DNA from: Gammaproteobacteria bacterium
GTDB taxonomy: Bacteria > Pseudomonadota > Gammaproteobacteria > SZUA-152
Reading direction: 5' to 3'
DNA: 64,000 bases
NCBI GenBank assembly: GCA_021647705.1
Contig: JAKIUF010000014.1
Location: 1,577 to 65,576 of the forward strand
Shown here: positions 60,201 to 64,000 of the stretch, one piece after another
Numbering within the stretch: the stretch's first letter is position 1
Layout of the letters: the number at the start of each line of letters is the position of its first letter
The notes under the pieces: generated by a model
Database searches by the model: none
Told to the model about the DNA's origin: nothing
The model's input: only the letters and a program-made list of their open reading frames with translations
Translations under genes and position numbers: made by a program

Positions 60201-61296
60201 CGACAGTGACGGCAATGGCATCCCGGACTACCGTGACAACGGTGATTTCGACAACGACGGCATTGCCGACACGTCCGATCTTGATACCGACAACGACGGC
60301 ATCCCTGACCTCATTGAAGGCCGTGATACCTCCGTGGATACCGACAGCGATGGCATCCCCGACTACCGCGACCTCGACAGCGACAATGACGGCCTGTTCG
60401 ATCTCGCGGAATCTGGCATCAGCAATCCCGTTAGTCTCGACACTAACAATGATGGCCGCATCGACAACAGCAACACCGTTGGCAGCAATGGCCTAGCCGA
60501 TGCAGTGGAAACCAGTGCGGATAGCGACAGCATCAACTACACGGTAGCCGATACCGATGGCGATGGTCTTGATGACTATCGCGACCTCGACAGCGACGGC
60601 GATGGTATTCCCGACGTGACGGAAGGCGACCGCAGTGATGGTGACAATGACGGTCGTATCGGCACAGGCAATCCGCCGATTGATTTCAATGGTGTTGCCA
60701 GTGGCAGCGGCACAACTGTCCCTGACAGCGACAACGACGGCGTGCCCGATTACCGTGATCTCGACAGCGACAACGACAGCATTACGGATGTTGTGGAAGC
60801 CGGAGGCACAGACAGCGATGGCGACGCCCGCCAGGATGCGACAGGAGACAGCAACAACGATGGCCTCGATGATGCCGTACAAGCCACGCCTCTACCGCTT
60901 TACGACACCGACAGCGATAACACACCAGACTACCGCGACATTGACAGCGACAACGATGGCATCCCGGATCTGTCAGAAACAGGTGCCATTGACCGTGATC
61001 GCGATGGCCGTGTGGATGATTTCAACGACGCCAATAATGATGGCCTGGACGATAGTCTGAGCGGCACAGTCCCCGACCTGCCCGACAGCAATGGCAATGG
61101 CATCGCAGACTACCGTGACCCTGCCACAGCCAGCGAGCCAAAAACCGTACGCACCGGCCTGGATGGACTGGGCGGCTGCACACTCAACCCTGCGGCTGCC
61201 TTCGACCCCACGCTGCCCCTGCTGCTGCTCATCGCCCTGCTTTCCCTCTGGCGCAGAAAATCTGTATCAGACAAACACCTGCAACCCGGAAAATAA
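54268..61296 (+). CDS. giant secreted calcium-binding surface protein with thrombospondin type-3 repeats and a C-terminal sorting-signal-like tail
   Basis: 2342 aa. TTG start 10 nt after AAGGA, with no nearby in-frame ATG. Sec signal peptide (GFVLVAALTSHFVHA-EG). About 590-aa non-repeat N-terminal region, then about 1700 aa of DxDxDGxxDxxD repeats. The tail is GLGGC...LPLLLLIALLSLWRRK. Confidence 0.9.
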   Translation: MRIRHISTTGFVLVAALTSHFVHAEGSYQVGLNQPFVEYGATVFGNSHDEPLHVDIRTAGEVINISLCGYADTHDIQAEVYDPLGSLVETFTHNHGNVFCNDPFTAPLSLNGPLGDQGPFQHTTTTTGAYSIRLYNTALSGGSSSERQLIRRFDITVTPDNSTLPDPSAQAGRLWSSAWSFWTGSFAENEATDANYFPLVPGGRANTHYVWKLDLNNFSGNLYTLIANDVGVTAPGSGYSVPESGNSVTPKYPIYLSYPVTANPRPTDPPEISGLTFTDDAGIDYGISPGTTPSVQDSGVFEFTTDVDGTYALVIDTNDDGQFGANDTLLLGSVVPGPNQINWDGTDENGNTLSPAIYDAQLRVSLGEYHFVTRDAETSGGTEDGLTIFQANADGSTDNTQVYWDDETLLSPPSGTTTLPNGQSSATSAGHHTWGDFSGAGIGNERYIDTYVYGLTVNATIQAAIVLDDVPLSGSDGSIAFSGTSLPGDSILITVTDPDLNTNNTITQSVVVQVSNDNTGEQEQVLLTETGPDTAVFSNTITTQPGASAGTNNDGVLNTQSGQNLTVTYYDQLHSTSTGGTSRTAQIQVEFDTDNDGIANTLDLDSDNDGIPDSIEGDASVDSDGDGIPDYRDLDSDNDGLFDLTESGISNPAALDTDNDGRIDNSNTVGANGLADIAETSADSGSINYTIADTDTDGVADYRDLDSDNDGLFDIAEAGGSDADNDGILGSGVPGVDANGLVSGAGLSPVDTDTDGIADFRDLDSDGDGLFDVTEAGGSDPDNDGILGSGTPAVGGNGLASGAGLALIDTDNDGTPDYIDLDADNDGTPDASDVFPTNGGESADNDGDGVGNNADLDADNDGIPDSIEGDDSVDTDSDGTPDYLDRDSDGDGINDIIEAGGIDTNNDGLVDGFTDANSDGLDDTLATNPLPVTDSDNDGTPDYRDNRDSDNDGILDTLDLDSDNDGIPDSIEGDANVDSDGDGIADLLDLDSDNDGLFDLVESGISNPASLDGDNNGRIDATSPVGNNGLADAIETAVDSGLADYNNDGNPDSPRDTDSDGIADYRDRDSDNDGIPDVTETGGNDPDGDGILGSGVPTVDANGLASGAGLSPIDTDSDGTPDQRDPDSDGDGSNDIIEAGGTDTNGDGQVDNFTDANNDGFDDTLAATPLPLPDSDGDSITNNLDLDSDNDGIPDLIEGSNTNVDTDNDGIADYLDLDSDNDGLFDLIESGINDPASLDTDNNGRIDDSNTVGTNGLADIAETNADSGVLDYTVADTDGDGIENFRDLDSDNDGIPDLIEGSGTGVDTDNDGIPDYRDLDSDNDSLFDLTESGISDPASLDTDNDGRIDAGNPVGANGLADIVETATDSGTLDYTVADTDSNTLEDFRDLDSDGDGLFDVIEAGGSDADNDGITGSGVPSVDANGLAMGAGLIPADSDGDGTSDQRDLDADNDGTPDANDAFPTDDSEIADGDGDGIGNNADLDADNDGIPDSIEGDDSVDSDGDGTPDYLDRDSDGDGIDDIIEAGGTDADNDSQVDDFTDTNNDGLDDNLAITPLPMTDSDGDGTPDYRDNADSDADGVVNSLDLDSDNDGIPDSIEGNASIDTDGDGIADYLDLDSDNDGISDLIESGISDPATLDGDNDGRIDASNSVGDNGLADAVETATDSGQADYNGDGNADAPRDTDSDGTPDYRDLDSDNDGINDIIEAGGSDTNADGRIDNPVDTNGDGLHDDLVNSPLPDIHTDADSDGIPDFRDNDDLDNDGIADISDLDSDNDGIPDLIEGSDTRVDTDNDGIPDYRDLDSDNDGLFDLTESGISNPASLDSDNDGRIDTGNTVGSNGLANVVETGVDSGSINYVVADTDSDGIDDYRDRDADNDGIPDVTESGGNDPNGDGVLGNGTPVVDDNGLITGTGLTPVDSDSDGIPDYRDLDSDGDNITDIIEAGGSDGNSDGQVDNATDNNNDGLADNIVNNPLPLPDSDGNGIPDYRDNGDFDNDGIADTSDLDTDNDGIPDLIEGRDTSVDTDSDGIPDYRDLDSDNDGLFDLAESGISNPVSLDTNNDGRIDNSNTVGSNGLADAVETSADSDSINYTVADTDGDGLDDYRDLDSDGDGIPDVTEGDRSDGDNDGRIGTGNPPIDFNGVASGSGTTVPDSDNDGVPDYRDLDSDNDSITDVVEAGGTDSDGDARQDATGDSNNDGLDDAVQATPLPLYDTDSDNTPDYRDIDSDNDGIPDLSETGAIDRDRDGRVDDFNDANNDGLDDSLSGTVPDLPDSNGNGIADYRDPATASEPKTVRTGLDGLGGCTLNPAAAFDPTLPLLLLIALLSLWRRKSVSDKHLQPGK
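56041..61120 (+). repeat. coding tandem-repeat region (TSP3 Ca-binding repeats arranged in three or four larger module types)
   Basis: Module A (DLDSDNDGIPDxIEG...DLDSDNDGLFDLxESGI...GRID...NGLAD) starts near 56081, 57150, 57828, 58134, 59029, 59581 and 60283. It is interleaved with EAGG-containing modules at irregular spacing. Confidence 0.85.
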
Positions 61297-61304
61297 AAAA
61301 AACC

Positions 61305-62801
61305 ATGCCAAAATATTTCATTCATCTCACCGGCTGCCTGCTGGGCACCACGCTGATGTTCAGTACACCAATGGTTATTGCCACAGAAACATCCGCAGAT
61401 ATCGATACCTTCGATAAACAATGGTATCTGGGAGCAGGTCTCGGGCGATCCACACTACAACCGGACACCGACGGCACAGGTTTCAGCCTGGATGACAAAA
61501 ATGATACCGGCTACAAATTTTTTGCCGGTTATGACTTCACGGAACGTTTTTCGCTGGAAGGTTATTTTTCCCGGCTGGGCCAATCCGAACTGTCCCCCAA
61601 CGGCACAGTGAAATATCAAGACTTCGGCATCAGCGCGCTGTATTACCTCTACAAGTCCCGGCAACCCCATGTGGGCTGGGGTATCTTTGGCCGTGGCGGT
61701 ATCGGTCGCATGAAAAATACCGTCGATATTCCCTATGAACGCGAGAATGACAACCACATTATGTTCGGTGCCGGCGTGGAATACGGTTTCAATAACGGCC
61801 TTGCCCTGCGACTCGATGCTGACTTTTATGACAGCGATGCACAACTCGTTGCCATCAATATACTGAAACGTTTTGGTGCCGACAAAAAGGACAGCAAACC
61901 GCAACCGGTTGCCGTAATCGACAGCGACAACGATGGCATTGCCAACGATGCGGACCGCTGCCCCGATTCAGCCGCTGACACAGTGGTCGATAGCCAGGGC
62001 TGCGAACTGGATAGTGATAACGACGGAGTGGTCAACAGTCAGGACCGTTGTTCAAATTCACCGGCCGGCAAAAAAGTCGATGCATACGGCTGTGAACTCG
62101 ACAGTGACAACGACGGCGTTGCAGACAGCCGCGACAGCTGCCCGAACTCACCCGCAGACGTAAAAGTTGACCCAAGCGGCTGCGAACTCGACAGTGACAG
62201 CGACGGAGTCACAGACAATAACGACCGTTGCCCGGACACACCCGCAGGCGTAAAGGTTGGCCTAAACGGCTGTGAACTCGACAGTGACGGCGACGGAGTC
62301 ACAGACAACAACGATAACTGCCCGAACTCAGCCACAGGTGCAAAGGTCGATACACGTGGCTGTGAACTCGACGATGATGCTGATGGCATAATTAACAGTC
62401 AGGATCTCTGTCTTGAGACACCCAGCGAAGCACCCGTGGATACAAACGGTTGTAAACTGCAAGCCACATTCGTCCTCAAAGGTGTCACCTTTGCCACCGC
62501 CTCCGCAGAGCTGATTGGCGGCTCTCGGCAAGTGCTCAATAAAGTGGTTGAAACCCTGCGCCTCAACCCTGAACTCAAACTGGAAATCGCGGGCTACACC
62601 GACAACCGGGGCAAGCGTAGTTATAACGTACGACTTTCACAGCAACGTGCAGACTCTGTGCGCAACTATCTCATTACCCAGGGAATTGCCAGTGAGCGCC
62701 TAGAAGCCAAAGGCTATGGTCCGGCTGACGCCATTGCCGACAATGGTACTGAAGATGGTCGTGCAACCAACCGCCGGGTAACGCTACACATCATCGAATA
62801 A
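61305..62801 (+). CDS. OmpA-family outer-membrane protein: N-terminal beta-barrel, TSP3/Cys repeats, C-terminal peptidoglycan-binding OmpA domain
   Basis: 498 aa. Signal peptide; barrel-like segment (YLGAGLGRS..., FGAGVEYGF); C-terminal GYTDNRGKRSYNVRLSQQRADSVRNYL...NRRVTLHI. Lies 8 nt after the giant gene. Confidence 0.9.
   Translation: MPKYFIHLTGCLLGTTLMFSTPMVIATETSADIDTFDKQWYLGAGLGRSTLQPDTDGTGFSLDDKNDTGYKFFAGYDFTERFSLEGYFSRLGQSELSPNGTVKYQDFGISALYYLYKSRQPHVGWGIFGRGGIGRMKNTVDIPYERENDNHIMFGAGVEYGFNNGLALRLDADFYDSDAQLVAINILKRFGADKKDSKPQPVAVIDSDNDGIANDADRCPDSAADTVVDSQGCELDSDNDGVVNSQDRCSNSPAGKKVDAYGCELDSDNDGVADSRDSCPNSPADVKVDPSGCELDSDSDGVTDNNDRCPDTPAGVKVGLNGCELDSDGDGVTDNNDNCPNSATGAKVDTRGCELDDDADGIINSQDLCLETPSEAPVDTNGCKLQATFVLKGVTFATASAELIGGSRQVLNKVVETLRLNPELKLEIAGYTDNRGKRSYNVRLSQQRADSVRNYLITQGIASERLEAKGYGPADAIADNGTEDGRATNRRVTLHIIE
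61920..62459 (+). repeat. six tandem 30-aa (90-bp) repeats DSDxDGVxDxxDxCPxSPAGxKVDxxGCEL
   Basis: Read directly from the translation. Each unit contains one DxDxDG calcium-binding loop and two Cys residues. Confidence 0.85.
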
Positions 62802-62821
62802 AACCATCGCCCGGAAAACCG

Positions 62822-62862
62822 GCCCGTGTCTCCTATTCTGCAAAGGAAACACGGGCTTTTTT
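62822..62862 (+). terminator. rho-independent terminator after the OmpA-family gene
   Basis: GCCCGTGT ... ACACGGGC stem (8 bp, 19-nt loop) followed by TTTTTT. Confidence 0.75.
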
Positions 62863-62890
62863 ATGCAAGAACCTTTCTGGAGATACATCT

Positions 62891-63346
62891 GTGATGAATG
62901 TCCACGCACCCAAACAACTGAAAAGCCTGTTTCAAGACTCCCTATTCTGGCTGGCCCTGCTGGCTGGCCCAGCGACATGGACAGCACTCTATTTCTGGTT
63001 ACCTTACTTACCTGTCCAAAGTGAACATCTGAATCAATGGTGGACACTGCTGCTTTTGGCAGGCCTGTACCCACTACTGGAAGAATGGTTATTTCGTGGT
63101 TTGTTACAACCACAACTGTTAACCTTTCGCCCGTTGCGAACCCGAATTCTAGGCATCAGTAACGCCAATCTGCTAACCAGTCTACTATTCGCTGCGGCCC
63201 ACCTGTTTGTTCAGTCTCCCCTTTGGGCTGCCGCAGTTATTGTGCCTTCACTGGTCTTCGGTGCCTTTCGCGACCGTTATCAAAGTGTCGTTCCCGCCAT
63301 TATCCTGCACAGTTTTTACAATCTTGGTTATTTTCTTGTTTTCTGA
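62891..63346 (+). CDS. CPBP-family (CAAX protease / Abi, PF02517-type) glutamic intramembrane endopeptidase
   Basis: 151 aa (GTG 62891 or ATG 62894). About four TM helices and all three family motifs: LLEEWLFRGLL (EExxxR), FAAAHL (FxxxH), ILHSFYNL (HxxxN). Confidence 0.8.
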   Translation: MMNVHAPKQLKSLFQDSLFWLALLAGPATWTALYFWLPYLPVQSEHLNQWWTLLLLAGLYPLLEEWLFRGLLQPQLLTFRPLRTRILGISNANLLTSLLFAAAHLFVQSPLWAAAVIVPSLVFGAFRDRYQSVVPAIILHSFYNLGYFLVF

Positions 63347-63547
63347 AAACTACCCCTTCCTCTGCTTCGATAGCCGAAAAGCTCACGCCGTCTATTCCCG
63401 ACGCACCCTTATTTGACCGGGCAAGGTTATCGGCTACAATACGACCGCCCAATAAACCTTGTCGTACAAAGCATAAAAACAATAGCCCGGTTCCTGCTTA
63501 GCCCTGGTATATAGCTTTCTCTGTAATGTCCTGATCTTTGTCGGAGT
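63345..63547 (-). pseudogene. N-terminal remnant of a group II intron reverse transcriptase/maturase (frameshifted, truncated)
   Basis: The minus strand reads KIRTLQRKLYTRAKQEPGYCFYALYDKVYW, then after a frameshift IVADNLARSNKGASGIDGVSFSAIEAEEGVV. This matches the IEP N-terminus pattern LQxKLYxKAKxEPxxRFYxLYDK...NKGAxGxDG. Similarity stops where the CPBP gene ends. Confidence 0.5.
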
Positions 63548-63554
63548 GACTAAG

Positions 63555-64000
63555 TTAAATCGCCGCTTCCCCAAAATCATAAAAAGCGATATCCGAGCCG
63601 AAGCCTTTCTCCAGTAATACATCACGTAATTTTTCGTGTACCAGAATGGCATTCGTAGATTCCGCCAGACGAAACATCTGAATGCCTTTGGTGGTGGTCT
63701 CATCCACCACCAGTTCATCAAAGTCCACGTCAATCAGTGGAATGCCGTCATGCGCCGTAGCAACGGATTTGTCCATGTCGGCAGCGGCAATCAATCCCAG
63801 CATGTTAACTACTTTGTAGTGGGTGTGTATTGCGCCATCATCCGGGTCATGAATAGCCACATCGTAAAGGTCAAAATCATAGACACCACACTCCTTGAGT
63901 GCGGCAATAAAATCATCGCGCCACAGCGGGGGATTGGTATAAATAATCGCTCCCATGTACTGGTCTTCAGCAGGGGAGCGTGGCTCGTAAGGGTCAAGTG
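63555..64000 (-). CDS. Imm11-like (DUF1629) immunity protein, possibly 5'-truncated by the window edge
   Basis: The frame stays open from the tracked Met (63956) to base 64000 (LDPYEPRSPAEDQY-MGAII...). The C-terminal pattern IQMFRLAESTNAILVHEKLRDVLLEKGFGSDIAFYDF resembles the Imm11 consensus (FRL...iiVSEefk..le..g.tG.eF) from memory. Confidence 0.45.
   Translation of the reverse strand, partial: LDPYEPRSPAEDQYMGAIIYTNPPLWRDDFIAALKECGVYDFDLYDVAIHDPDDGAIHTHYKVVNMLGLIAAADMDKSVATAHDGIPLIDVDFDELVVDETTTKGIQMFRLAESTNAILVHEKLRDVLLEKGFGSDIAFYDFGEAAI

Noticed and set aside
56041-61120. Possibility that the periodic DNA is a CRISPR array or non-coding satellite
   Set aside because: One uninterrupted reading frame encodes canonical TSP3 calcium loops. 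The repeat units are not separated by unique spacers of CRISPR size, and no cas genes are present.
54268-61296. Giant protein as an RTX/type I secretion substrate
   Set aside because: It has an N-terminal Sec signal peptide. Its repeats are DxDxDG TSP3 loops rather than GGxGxDxUx nonapeptides. No T1SS ABC/MFP pair is adjacent, and its C-terminus is a TM-plus-basic tail.
54406-61421. Dozens of 60-228-aa ORFs on both strands inside the giant gene (for example 57916-58602 and 60493-60882)
   Set aside because: They are by-products of the GAY/GGC-rich repeat codons, which keep alternative and antisense frames open. Their translations are monotonous Ser/Pro/Thr/Met or Val/Ile/Ala strings that mirror the repeat period.
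63556-63733. N-terminal two-thirds of the tracked 99-aa ORF 63434-63733
   Set aside because: This part is an alternative frame of the Imm11-like gene. Only the last ~35 codons (below 63547) carry the intron-maturase similarity.

Overview
This 64-kb chromosomal segment reads like a gammaproteobacterium, with E. coli-like Rep, GshA, CysJ/CysI, Fe-SodB, ArgD/ArgF, AsnB, MsrB and YchJ. About 45 protein-coding genes can be supported. I saw no rRNA, tRNA or CRISPR array. Housekeeping genes are interleaved with three accessory blocks. (1) An 8-gene minus-strand operon (12.4-22.6 kb) looks like an uncharacterised glycoconjugate pathway: three glycosyltransferases, an MsbA-type ABC exporter, two kinase-fold proteins, an AlgE-like outer-membrane barrel and a SAM methyltransferase. 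(2) A visibly A+T-rich block (about 32.6-51.3 kb) holds a 2-kb ORF-free stretch, a shortened cysJ coupled to cysI, an AcrAB-type RND pair, and a sparsely packed orphan biosynthetic island (PaaK-like ligase, cysteine-synthase-like PLP enzyme, chorismate-lyase-like protein, secreted protein, O-methyltransferase). (3) A 9-kb surface module (54.3-63.3 kb) is my best candidate for an undescribed protein-sorting or surface-anchoring system. It comprises a 2342-aa Asp-rich thrombospondin-type-3 (TSP3) repeat protein ending in a Cys motif, TM helix and basic tail; a TSP3-OmpA protein 8 nt downstream; and a small CPBP-family intramembrane protease. Intergenic DNA carries at least four families of non-autonomous repeats, including a 158-bp TA-flanked MITE caught in a nested self-insertion. 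The window ends with an Imm11-like immunity gene and a group II intron reverse-transcriptase remnant. All functional calls rest on motif recognition by eye; no database search, HMM or folding calculation was possible.
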